A DNA stretch of 63,833 nt, filler included, from Octopus bimaculoides (Eukaryota), in the NCBI RefSeq assembly GCF_001194135.2. It is 7 parts of 6 records of this genome, joined end to end, with 100 filler letters (N's around TTAATTAATTAA, not from the genome) between each part and the next. Parts side by side here need not be neighbours in the genome. Positions count along the whole stretch, not along the records: positions 17,540 to 27,485 come from NC_068987.1; positions 27,586 to 39,031 come from NC_068987.1; 5 more parts are not named here. One strand, written 5' to 3'. The position numbers and the translations under genes are program-made. The notes under the pieces were generated by a model. That model was not told where the DNA came from. It saw only the letters and a program-made list of their open reading frames with translations, and searched no databases. This document shows positions 24,121 through 36,597 of the stretch, one piece after another. Numbering within the stretch: the first letter of the stretch is position 1; the number at the start of each line of letters is the position of its first letter.

Positions 24121-27100
24121 TGTTCTAGGATTCTTTAAACATGAAACTACAGCTGATGATCCCAAAGGAATCTTCTTAATTCTACTTCAGCTTTATAGAT
24201 AACATTATTTATGTGAGGAACAGTGAACGCAAGTACTATTAATTCTGAGAGCCACAATGAGTGTCCAATAGGTTACGAGTCATATTGCTACTCATTGTTC
24301 CCAAACCAGTCTACAAAAGGAGAAAAATAGTGCAAAAGTGTTAAAAATCACTTCATAAGAGATGCTATCTTCTGGTGTCTTATATTATTGGAAAAAATTT
24401 TATTACTCCTAACCTGATTTACATCGGACAAAGTAAGAATCCTAAAGATTGATGAAAGTCAAACTTTTTTTTTTAATATTTTCAAATAATTCACATGGAA
24501 ACATTACTACCACATAAAACAATTGACCAAATATATAGAATGATATACACAATATAGAAACGTTAGAAGCAAAGGGGAGACGATTTAGAAACATCGTTCA
24601 TCAGCTATTAGAAAATATTTTATAACACTCTCTCTATATGGATAAGTATAAGAATAGATACATATAATCTGTAGTTTGAATAGGATTTACTAGGTATACT
24701 GTAACTAAGAGGAAAACTATAACGATTTTAAGTCAAACAATGAAATCAACTTCGCTGAGGAATGTAAAAATTAGTATGAATCATAGATTAACATATTGCT
24801 TCCATTAATTTTTGGCATAGAACCCGAAGTCTTATACGAAATAGGTCAAAAAGTTGGAAACATGCGAATTGTGAGAATTGCTTGTATCTTGGAGATGTAA
24901 AGTAAAATGCAAGCTAATCGAATTCTTACTTGATTTTCTCCAAAAATAAGTGTGTTAGAGTCAATTACAAAATGAATAGCATGCAAAATCAAAACTGAGA
25001 TAAACTAAAACAAGAAACAGATGAAGTATTGATTGATCTACAGTTACATATAAGTATAACTTGTCAATCAGTAATAAATTTTATTCCTAATCATATTTTT
25101 ACAGGAAAAAAAAAGAAAAAAGAATAAAAGTTTAAGAGATCAAATTATCGAAAACAAACAGATAAAACAGAACTATCTTACCACGAAATGAAAGGAACTT
25201 TAAGATGTCTGTAGGTAGCCGGTGCTGCCAAATCTAACACTGAATGCAACACATTGATTTGGCATCGATTTCACTGAGGCAATCTGTGAGAAGATAATAT
25301 AGCGCACTGAGTAGCGAGAAAAGAAGCTTAGGCAGAGCAAAGGAATCCCTCAAGAGAAAGAGCTCCGCGTGCGCAAATGAGGCGCAATCTCTTGGTCATC
25401 TTTGATATCAACACTTGACTCCCACTCCCAGCTGGACAAGGCGTAGTGCCTCCTTTAGGTTATCCCTGACTAATCTACATCCTATCTTGACCGGAAGTAG
25501 TCGAAAGACGTTGCCCGTTGCCCTCTGCTATTGGACAGATGCCTACATAAAATGAGAATGGTGGGAACAGATGTGCACAACATATAATTTCATAAGAGGT
25601 ATTTCTTATTAAAATGTAGGACCAAAATTATTTGCAAAAAGTATATGAAACTGCAATATTTAAGTTATTGAGAGGATCGTTAGAGATATAACTGCCTTCA
25701 ACCAGGATCGGTAGCACGATCTTTGTCTCATAGTGTTATGCCAACAATTCTTTCTATTGTATATAAAAAGTAATGAAAATTTCAAACACTGGCATATTTT
25801 GGACGATCAATATTTGATTAAGTTTCTAATATTATATGACTAGTCTTATTTTGTTCTCTATCGCTCCTCAATTCCTTCCACCAGCAGAACGTATAACGGT
25901 CACATTAAAAATGGTTTTTCCCATTATTAAAATAATAATTGTAACGATTGATGACATACCGAATGTCCTCATTTTTGTAGGGTATACAGAAGATCCCAAT
26001 CGACTCCAGTGTTTGGCTGGTACCACGAAGATATAGAAATCTCTAATATCGATCTTATTTTACTAATGATGGGTTTGTAACATTGATGTCAAACATTTTT
26101 CCTCCGTTCAATTTTATATTCCTATATTTATTTCCTTATTTCGAAAATTATCTGAACGTGAACCATTATACGAAAAGGATATAATTCAAAACTACAAACT
26201 ACAGGAGTAACACATTTTCTTCACCGGCTTTATATGGTATCATATTTAAAAGCAAAATATCGAATAAAGTCTTTGAATAAATATGAATCTGCCTGGTCTG
26301 AAAGAAGAAAAAAATTCAAAAAGAAAATTTTATTAAAAATATAAAGAAGAATATTTTGCAAGAAACTTTATTGAATGAGAGAGAGAGAAAGAGAGAGAAA
26401 TTTAACGACTTTTTTTCTAGAAATGTCTGTAAATCATATTTTTTTAGTTCAATTATTTATTTTTGTACTTGCGTTGATTCTTAGCTTGTTTGTTTATTGA
26501 CTTGTCTCTCTTTTTTATTGTGTATTTTTTTTTCTGTGTGACAGCTAATATGTGCGCTTGCGTGAAGGGTCAGTTTGAATGTGGGTTTATAGCCACGAAC
26601 TTACGCTAGGACATTTTATGGTCTTCTCTCGTTCATATCAGCAAGTATCATAACTTAAATGAAGCCAAATGATGAATCTAATTACAAAGTCAGTGTTGTA
26701 TCCCAGAGTTTCACTTTTCTCCGGGTGCAAAATGTCGTCCAGCGGCTGTAATTTAGCCAGGCCTGATGTCATAAATAATCGTTCACTTGAAGTAATCATG
26801 AAACTAACCCAACGCCACACTTTTCTTGCTGATTCCATTTTTCCATTTTTTGTATGTGTGGTGTTCTTTTTATTGATATTAATGTTACTTCTGTTATTGT
26901 TGTTATTGTTAGAGATGTTGCTGTTGCTTTTGTTGTTAGTATGGCAATTAATATTATTATTACAATTCTTATTATTATCTCACAACAGTTCATCTGACGC
27001 CATTCTTTGAAGACATTTCTCTATTGCTTCCTTAACTATGCTCTCTCACCAGCATCTTTTCTTGTATAACAACTCAGTTATTGTTTTCCCAGCTTTTGGG

Positions 27101-27529
27101 CCATTATAATTATCATTATTATTAATTATGTCACCTTGGCTGGATGTGTTTTTAATCCATAAGTGGATGTTGGCTGTTGTGTTTCTAGAATTTTGTTGAC
27201 TGTTTTGTTGAACTGTTTTGTTTTCTGAACCCCTTTTGGTGTGCAGAAGGGGTTCGTTTGTAAAAAGTTCCCCCTTTTACGGGTGAATTTTGGGCTTGTA
27301 GCTCTTTTTCAAAATTTTTTTGGTGATTCTCGTTGAGAAGAACAAGATGGCTTCCTCTGTTGAGGGGAGTGGCAGTGGCTGTTCTGACGGCCAATACCTC
27401 GAACATCTCCCCCCCCCCCTCTGAACAGCACCAGTACCACCATTAACACAGAAAAAGAAAAGAATCAAGAAAACACCGCCATCGCNNNNNNNNNNNNNNN
27501 NNNNNNNNNNNNNNNNNNNNNNNNNNNNN

Positions 27530-27541
27530 TTAATTAATTAA
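27530..27541. other. Artificial assembly linker
   Basis: TTAATTAATTAA in 44+44 N. Confidence 0.95.
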
Positions 27542-27669
27542 NNNNNNNNNNNNNNNNNNNNNNNNNNNNNNNNNNNNNNNNNNNNCTTTCCAGGAAAACA
27601 TAATTACAAAGTGATAGAAGCCCGCTAAATGCAGAAATTTTGAAAATATATTTTATTATTACTTTGGTT

Positions 27670-28110
27670 CATCGTTAGCACGACGGGCAAAATGCTTAGC
27701 GACATTTCGCCCGTCTTAATGTTCTGAGTTCAAATTCCGCCGAGGTCGACTTTGCCTTTCTTTCTTTGGAGGTCGATAAATGAAGTACCAGTGAAACACT
27801 GGGGTCGACGTAATCGACTAGTCCCCTCCCCACAAATTTCAGGCCTTGTGCCTTTGGTAGAAAGGATTATTACTTCAGTTCCCCCTTTTTTTTTTTTTTT
27901 TTGTTAAGGCGGTGAGCTGGCAGAATTGTTAGTACACCCGGCAAAATGTTTAGCGGCATTTCGTCCGTCTTCACAGTTTAAATTGTGCTAAGATCGACTT
28001 TGCTTTCATCCTTTGGCAGTCAAGAACCAGTCGAGCATTGTAGTCAATTTAATCGATTATTCCCCTCCCCAAAATTTCAAGTTGTGTGCCTATAGTAAAA
28101 AGGCTTATTC
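27670..28110 (+). mobile_element. Two tandem SINE family A copies
   Basis: Copies at about 27670-27870 and 27905-28110, both with the family A body and the AAAAGG(A/C)TTATT tail. Confidence 0.8.
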
Positions 28111-28209
28111 GGTTTACATATACAACTAATCGTGTCTCACAGTGTAATTGAATACTTAGTAAATCATACAAAATCTGTAATATAATGAATTTTTTTTTAT
28201 AATACTAAT

Positions 28210-28415
28210 GATTTCAAATTTTGGCACAAGGCCTGCAATTTCGGCAATGGGATTTAGTCGATTACATCAGCCCAGTGTTCAATTGTTACTTATTTTATCG
28301 ACTCCGAAAAGATGAACGGCTAAGTCAACCTCGACGGAATTTCAACTCAGAATATAAAGACGGACGAAATGTTAAGCATTTTGCTCGACACGCTTATGAT
28401 TCTGCCAGCTCACCG
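28210..28415 (-). mobile_element. SINE family A copy
   Basis: Reverse complement of the family A consensus, facing the preceding plus-strand copies. Confidence 0.8.
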
Positions 28416-29602
28416 TCTTTTATGATAATCATGATTTCTTTTATAGAAAAAATCTGTTGTAATGTAAAAATGAAACAATAATATCCAGCTCTTCAAAAAA
28501 ATGATCTATGAAAGAAAGTGCCATAACTGATATGCACTAATTATTTTGTTTTATGATCAAACAACTATTGAATTGTTAAAGCAAAAGCAACAGAAGTTGA
28601 ATAGGAAAATATCGTATCGACCGTTTTGTTTATGACATTTTTCGATCTAACGTTCTGTACTGAATTAAGTTTTAACACTTCTCAGTTTTTCAACTCACAA
28701 ACAACATAAGATTATTAATTAACGTTACGTTTTCTATTGCGGAAATTGTCGAATAATCATTAGGAAAAGTATTCTTTCTAAATGAACGTAAATTGAATGA
28801 ATGAAATATCTCAGTTTTCCATTTCAAATCTCGGAAAGCTTTTAATGTATTAAGTGCATTGACGTATACAAGAGTTATTTAACAAATTATCGCCTTAGAG
28901 AAAGTAAATTACAATTCCTCTTATCAATTTAATCTTTGTGTGGTTGAGAAGATTATTTCGCAACCATGCGGTCTTGGGTTCATTCTGCGCGGCATATAGA
29001 CTTCTATTACTCTCAGTGATAATCCGCTTACAAAACCAGAAAAGATAATATAATATGTAACTTCAGACGGAAAAATGAATGCAAAATTTATTAACAACTG
29101 CATGAAGCAATGACCTAAACTACCCATCCCTACATCAGCACACACAAATATCAAAACAGGTCTAGCCTCACCACACACTCATCCCTCTTCTTTATTAGTA
29201 CCATTCCTTTCTCTCTTTTTATCACCTATTCTTCTTTACCAAATTCACACAGAACTGCCCACATACTCCAATTAACTTTTTGATTAATGAAAATTGATAA
29301 ACATCTTTCAGTAACACATTCGCTGCTTCACATTTTAACGCTATATCGATTGATGAAAAGAATGCATAAACTATGATCCACCCGATGTCCATGGGTACTA
29401 CGGATTGTACTGTAATCATCCCAGGAATACGGACTATGATTGTAAGAAACATGTGATTTATGGAAACGTGTGCAGCGATGCATTAAGATATTTATGAATT
29501 CCGTCCATTACTATATTTATCCTACATTATATCGGCACCCCATAAAATAGGAGCTTTTATATACATACCCAAGAACGTTTCCCTAAACGAACTTAAAGAA
29601 TA

Positions 29603-30630
29603 TATATACTAGCGGCCAAAAGTTTAGAACCACCCTGAAATTTTCTTCTAAAACTAGGAAAATAACAAGCTTTATATCTTTGAAGAATTGGTTTTATTTA
29701 TTCTATCTTTGCATACAATTATACAATAATTTAATCCAAAATTAACATACCATAATCGCAGATTTAATTGAAGAAAATTCAAATTTGTTTTCATCGAAGA
29801 AACCACCACGAGCTTCTATTACTGCAGAGCGGATACTTGAAATTCTTTCTAGTACCTTATAAAAGTATGTTAGTGGAAGTGATTTCCAAGCAGTCTGTAA
29901 GCCTTTAAACAATTCTTGCTCATTCTTAAGCATTTCATTTCGAACTTTACGATCAATTTCATCCCAGATTAGTTCAATTGACAAAAGATATGGAGACTGA
30001 GAGGGCCAAGTCATAATTTGCAAAATTCCCTTATCTTCCTTTCATTTTAAATAATCTCTGCACAATTTAGAGCTGTGTTCTGGATTATTATTCTGTTGAA
30101 AAACAAAATTCTTTCCAATAATGTGACAACCAGAGGGAATTGCATGCTTCTGCAGTATTGAATGATATTTTTTTCTTTCGCATTATGCCTTTAATTTTAA
30201 TAAGGTCTCCAGCAATCTCGCCACCAAAGCATCCCCAAATCATTACAGATCTGGTTAGTTCCGGACTTGTTTTTCTTCTATTCCTTTTCTTGGACAGGAT
30301 CAAGTGTTTATTCTCTGCAGTAGATGTTACTCTGGGCCTACCGGATCTTTTTTTGTCAAGATTTGAGCCAGTTTCACCAAGTCATTTAAAGCAATGGTGC
30401 ACACCATTTTTTGATAGGTTTTTAGCAACATGACGTTCAGAATACCCTTCTTTTGAAACAATTTCAACTTAAGCTCTTTTTTCAATATTAATGTTTGGTC
30501 CTTACCATTTTTTAAAACTAGAGTTTACGAGAATAAATTAAAATTATTAGATCTTAATAAATACTGTATGAATTACTTTATCAGCAGAAATTGAATCACA
30601 GCCTGAAAATCAAAGAAGAAAATTGGGTTA
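29603..30630 (-). mobile_element. Tc1-like DNA transposon relic with DD38E spacing, internally deleted
   Basis: TIR-like TATACTAGCGGCCAAAAGTTTAGAACCACCC at 29606. Transposase pieces KRSGRPRVTS...TSPELTR|SVMIWGCF...FVFQQNNNPEHSSKLCRDYLK*KEDKGILQIMTWPSQSPYLLSIELIWDE...AVIEARGGF. Stops and frameshifts; the other TIR is degenerate. Confidence 0.85.
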
Positions 30631-31958
30631 ATGTTTACTCTAGAGCTTGGAATGCGAGACTTGTACACTTTCCTTGTATACTGTCTGTAACTTCTAATTT
30701 ATGCCCATCATCATGGGTGAATTAGGTTATGTACCAACAATTTTTTACAAAAACTTAGGAACACGTGGTTTCACGGGAAAAGAGCAAAAGAAACTGGCGC
30801 GGATTCTCCAACACGAATTATTAGTGGAACAGTGAAGATTTGTAAGACATTCCAGAAATTCTCCATATGAGATTCTTATGTGATTAGATGCACATACTTG
30901 GGTGTATGCATCGACATTCAACCAACACACTAGCTCAGCCACATATTCACAAATACCGGGAACTTACTTAACTCAAAATGTCTTGCTGCTTATTTTAGCA
31001 ATCGGCTTGAACTCTCTCGCGAAGAAATTAATTAAACTCAAAGAAAAATCATGCATACATACATGTTTGGTGAGGCAAACAGAAAACAGAACAAAATACT
31101 TGAATTCATATATATTTTTATTATGTATTAGCGACAGACGCAGTGTTAGTGCTGAGAGATAATATTTATGCTCACTTAAATACAGACGTTCTATTAGAAC
31201 AAACTATACTGCGACATACCATGAGAGAAACTCTCATATTGGCATACTGGTGTGAAATGCACTCTAGTCTATATTACTAGTGGGAAATAAATTCCTGCTA
31301 CCTCCAGCGCTGAAACCACTGGATCGCATGATTTCGACCTTGTTTGGTTTTGTCAATGATGGACAATCGACAGCAAGAGACAGCAGCGATTCTTCTCCCG
31401 ACAGCGATTTATTGATTGACAGTGCCAGAACAGGCGCTGGTGTCGCGATTAGCCAGTTAGCTAACTGACTAATCGCGACACTAGTAAGTGGTATTTTCCA
31501 TGCATCTTGTCAATGTTTTAAGCCGTGATAAGTTCATTGTAACTTTAAGATTTTTTCTCTATTTAATATTCATTCTTTCAAATAAGAACAAACTTGTGAT
31601 TGAAAGGCTGGAAATATACCTCGTTATATTATTTGTCATTGTTATATTGATTATGGTCGAGCCAATGAAGAAATCCATACTCAACAGCAAGACCTACTTG
31701 ACACAGCAGTCAAATTACCCCCAAATTATACCCTACTGTCTTCAAAACGAAGAAGTCTTCACGACTGAAGAACATTTGATCATAACTCCGCTCAATTAGT
31801 ATTGACTTGGGTCTACTTAACAATAGGGGAAATGTAAACAATACATTTTCTACTTTCCATTCCTGCTATATATCACTTTTGGGCCAAAGTTAAAAGTAAC
31901 ACAATAAAATATATGAAAATATAACAGAACTGAATTTTTAAAGTCCTGTTCGTTTCAG

Positions 31959-32173
31959 AAAACTTACCTATCAAATGTAAACATACTCGATGGCTATCAA
32001 TGTCGCCAGAACTTCGAAAAAGACGTACACTTATACGCGTTTTTTGCTTATTACTTGGGCATTCTCTTCTTCCTCCCTTTTCTGGTGATGGTGTTTGCCT
32101 ACAGTAGCAGTTGTCACTCCCTGTGGAAGAGTGCACAAACATCACAAGTGTTGCAAGGCATTCAAACCGTCAG
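31959..32173 (+). CDS. Class A GPCR, internal exon (ECL2, TM5, start of ICL3)
   Basis: TTTCAG acceptor, AG|GTAATT donor; KTYLSNVNILDGYQCRQNFEKTYTYTRFFAYYLGILFFLPFLVMVFAYSSSCHSLWKSAQTSQVLQGIQTV; ECL2 Cys, TM5 FxLP...Y motif; phase 0 to 2. Confidence 0.85.
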
Positions 32174-32232
32174 GTAATTACAATTATTACTTATAACTTT
32201 TCTTTCTTTGTTTATTTAGATGTATATGTATA

Positions 32233-33042
32233 TACGAGTTCAGATCAATAAGTATCTGGACTGTTGCCATAGTAATGAAACTAAAGCACGCTAAGTGAAG
32301 CCGCTTGGCACAGATTGACCTTGAACCCTGCTATGCATGCGCACTAAGCTTCAACGTTCTAGCTCACTCCTGCTGATTACAGCAGTGCTTGGAAAGAAAG
32401 TGTGTAGCGTGTGACCCTTACATTCACCATGACAGAGAAAGTTGTCATGGTGATACCTGCTCAGAGGCCTACACAAGGTTGCAGAAAGTGACGGAGAGAG
32501 GTGTATGAGCTGCACACAAGTGTACGAGTGATTCAGACGTTTCCAAGATGGCCGAAAATATGTCGGCATTGACGAACGTACTGGGAGACCCGCAACCAGC
32601 AGAACTGAGAAAACATCGCAGATGTGCGTGCAGCTGTGAGGGGAAATCGTCGAATCGTCATCCGTGAGTTATCAGAGGATGTACAGATTAGTTACGGTTC
32701 AGTCCATTTCCACTGAAGATTTGGGTATGAGACGCGCGTCTGCCAAGTTTGTGCCAAAACTGTTTTTAGCTGACCAAAAAGACACTCGGGTTTCAGTTTC
32801 AATCTCCTTGATTGTGTCGAGAACGATAAAAACTCTTTGACAAGATTTGACGCAGATTCTCTGCACAACTTTCTCTGTACTGGTCAATGTGACAATCACA
32901 CGCTACACACCTTCCATCCAAGCACTGCTGTAAACAGTGGAAATGAGCTAGAACGTTAAAACTTAGTCAAGCGGCTTTACTCTGCGTGCTTTAGCTTCGT
33001 TACCACGGCAACAGTCCGGATATTTATTGGTCAGACTTCGTA
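32233..33042. mobile_element. Mariner-derived element made of two inverted 5' ends
   Basis: TA-CGAG...TCAATAAGTATCTGGACTGTTGCC / GGCAACAGTCCGGATATTTATTGGTCAGACTTCG-TA, arms of about 150-200 bp; the interior encodes a broken mariner N-terminus (YTRLQKV...FRRFQDGR..DERTGRPATSRTE...RRIVIRELSEDVQISYGSV...DLGMRRASAKFVPK). Confidence 0.85.
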
Positions 33043-34367
33043 CTATTAATTATAGTGTCATAATAGACAAATTACCAACTGGTTTCACACCAGAAGATGA
33101 GAATCATCAGAAATGGTCGAAAGGAATAGTATGGCGTGGCTTTTTGTCACTGGGTCTGAAAGTATCATATCTAGTTTGTGGGTCTTATGGCTGCTGTAAA
33201 AGAAAAACACTAGAACGGAATTCGTGAAGAAATCATCCAGGTTAAACGCAAAGAAAAACAATAGTTAATTCACTGGAGTTATGTTCTGTATATTGGTATA
33301 CAATATATTTACTTATAGGGTAGATGAAAGCTGGATGGGCAGAGGTACAGAGATTGGGAGTGAGGATGGACAATAGGGATGGAGATGGTGGGAGTAAATT
33401 TTAAAATCAAGTGTGTATGAGTATTAATATATATCAAGGATGGGTGTAGTAAATATCAATTTCAGACTGCGGTCAAAGGAAACATCAATGGGAGAGGAGA
33501 GATCCAATGTTTGTATTTATGTTGAGGCCAACCAGTTTGCTGTGGTATATCGGCGCTCATAAGAGCAGGAACAAAAAATTTCACCTTTAATGTTTATGTT
33601 GGTGCCTTACCAATGGTATCGACTAACTCACAGCTAATCAAAACTAATGGCCTTGTGCGTAAATCAGGAAGCACATACATACATACATACATACATACAG
33701 ACATACATACAGACATACATACATACATAGCGATTGCTCCCTCTTCACGGATGACTGCCATCGTCTTGTGCTTCCACATTGTCAATAACATTTTTGATTA
33801 TCCGTTCATGTCTTCTCGGCTCTATATTAAATCCCATTGTAGATCTGCATGGAGCTTCCAGCTGTTTAGGTTTACACCGGTCACCAGTCTGCCATCACCG
33901 TAGGACTTTCAGTAGATGGCATGTTAAATGGAGTCACCATATAGAGACATCTGTACGACATTGGATTATAGTGATGAACGTTTGTACAATACGAGTACCA
34001 CTTTCTGAGTTTTTGTGATTAGTACCTAATCGCAGACCGAACAGAGATGACTAGTAATCACGTAAATCTGTGGGTTTTACATAAGAGTGTCTCTCTCCTA
34101 GAAAAATACTGTGGCAACAGCTACGGGTCCCTCACTCTCGGTGGTTTTACTGCACGTCCTAACACCAACCAAGCGTATTTCTTTGTCTCCGCACTCGGAA
34201 GAATCCATCTAAGTGCGGGCTTAGTTAACCCAAGCTGAGACCCCGGCAGATGTTGTTATTCCGAGTCGGAGTAGACCTGAAAACAATAGTAGCTAAGAAG
34301 CAGTTCCACACTATTCAAAACCCTGGAACTCACGAACAAGAGCTCCACTGCCAGTTGTACTTTAAAG

Positions 34368-34427
<60 letters not shown>

Positions 34428-34574
34428 TAAGTTTTACAAAGAAAAGGTTGACAGTGACTTGGAAGTTTCGGTTTCCTCGCAACACTGTAAATCAGAACTG
34501 AAATAAAGTTGGTAAAATAAGAATGTAAACGCATCAATAGCGTAGAAAGAGTATGTTTATATTAAGTGTTAGTA

Positions 34575-34616
<42 letters not shown>

Positions 34617-34980
34617 ATGGTTTATAGCTCCAATAGAGGTAGAATCAACAAAAAAAAGTACTACATCTAATGAGAGGTTGATATCAATTTAATACACAAG
34701 CGAAAGAGCTACAAATAGTTTTATGCTTTTATGTAGAGCCTGAAAGATTGCTTGGAGGTATATCGCGTATTTTATGAATATATCTAGTTAAAGTATGATA
34801 AAAGCATAAAACTATTGGTAGGGTAGCTCTTTCTGTTGTGCATTAAATTTATATATATAAGGAGTGAAGTTGAACAAATTAACTGGGTGGAGTTTTTCAC
34901 TCGCTGCTAGATTACCTCTAGATTTATGTTATATCACTGACGCCTTCCGGTTATTAACACATTTCTTTCTTTTGTTGTAG

Positions 34981-35044
34981 TGCCGGCGCTGAAGAAACAA
35001 CGCAAAATACAAAGAAAGGAAATGATTACAAGGGAAGAATGAAG
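34981..35044 (+). CDS. Class A GPCR, internal exon (ICL3)
   Basis: Polypyrimidine tract + TGTAG acceptor, AAG|GTATTA donor; 64 nt, phase 2 to 0, fitting both neighbours: (S)AGAEETTQNTKKGNDYKGRMK. Confidence 0.75.
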
Positions 35045-35629
35045 GTATTATAGAAATAAAATTCATTCTTTATTTGATAATATAGATAATTTGGTGTTAT
35101 ATTATATGTAATTTATTATTAGGCGGGGAAATATCAAACGATGCATACATTGTTCAAATGTCGCCCATTTTCTTTTTCAGATCGGTGTTGTATAGAATTA
35201 GTTTGAAATTCTAAGTTGATAATCCATTCAGATTTTGATTCATGAGATCATTTTTGTCGTAAACATCAAATGGAGGACGCTTTGCATATTATGTACACAT
35301 TAGTGCACATACTATGCAATATTTATGTGTATTTATATATGAAGTTTAACTTGTTCTCCCACGCTAAGTAACTAAACAATATGACTTTATAAAGACTTCA
35401 ATAAAGAATTCGTTATCGGCCAGCTAGAAAAAGGCGGTCAAAGTTCGATCAAATCACACCTTGCTGCTTTGAAAAATAAAAAGTATTCGTGAGAGGATAA
35501 AACAGAAGAAAATAGTTTTAAGTGTTCAGTTTGCGACCGACATATAAGTAGGAGCTCTGAGGTGTGTTAGTTAAGATGGACGCCGACAAGTGAGACACAC
35601 ATGGTATGATTATGAGTGCACATATAACT

Positions 35630-35952
35630 GTCACTCCGTCGGTTACGACGACGAGGGTTCCAGTTGTTCCGATCAACGGAACAGCCTGCTCATGAAATTA
35701 ACATGCAAATGGCTGAGCGCTCCACAGACACGCGTTCCCTTAACGTAGTTCTCAGGGAGATTCAACGTGACACAGAGTGCGAAAATGCTAGCCCTTTGAA
35801 ATATAGGTACTACTCTTTTTTGCCAGCTGAGTCAACTGGAGCAGCGTGAAATAAAGTGTCTTTCTCAAGGATACAACTCGTCGCTGGAAATTGAACTCAC
35901 GTCCTTACGATCGTAAGCCGAATACTCTAACCAATAAATCACGCACTTCACA
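35630..35952 (-). mobile_element. SINE family C copy
   Basis: Reverse complement of 3925-4242 over its full length. Confidence 0.85.
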
Positions 35953-36018
35953 CACACGCACGCACGCACACGCACACTCACACACACACACACACACACA
36001 AACTTTAGGATACTTTTT

Positions 36019-36597
36019 AAATATTTGTGGCTTATTTTCACTTCTCAAGGAAATTTCACTGCAACTTACCGCGGAGAAAAACTTTTCGCTTATGGTAAAA
36101 TGTAAATACGGCATTATCTGCTCAGTGGCTCCCTCTCTTGGACTCCTAGATGTATTTCTGGCTTGTTATATCTTCCTCAGTAGGAAATACCAAAGAGAAA
36201 TTATAGTATACTTACATCTTACATAAGCGAGAAGTTTTCTCCATGATAAACTGTGGTGAAAATATGTCACAAATATTTGAACTGACTTTAAAGTGTATTT
36301 ATTTCTCATCACTGCCCCACGCTACTGCTAATGCATTTGTTCTGACCGGGCGGTTGGCGAGTGTAAATCAGTCACTTGTTCTGTTATAAAGTTACAGTTT
36401 CTAATCAGCTCAGGGTTATCTCTCTTTGTTGGTATCTCCTACGAAAGAAGGCATGACAAGCTAGAAATGCATCTAGGAGTCCCAGAGAGGGCGCCAGGCT
36501 GATAATACTGTGTTTATACCTTACCATTGGCGAAAGTTTTTTCTCTACAGTAAACTACAGTGAAATTTCCTCTAGAATGAAAATATGTCACATATTT
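36019..36597. repeat. Diverged inverted repeat (about 165-bp arms) with a partial third copy
   Basis: 36019-36185 is the reverse complement of 36436-36597 (GGAAATTTCACTG...AAAAACTTTTCGC...GGACTCCTAGATG.ATTTCT.GCTTGT); partial copy at 36219-36320. Confidence 0.75.

Noticed and set aside
29311-29362. NTFAASHFNAISID as the missing GPCR TM3 exon
   Set aside because: No DRY-like continuation; an in-frame stop follows (IDEKNA*) with no suitable donor.
31280-31799. ORFs 31280-31468 and 31488-31799 as GPCR exons
   Set aside because: No TM motifs or compatible splice sites; the first ends inside the palindrome.
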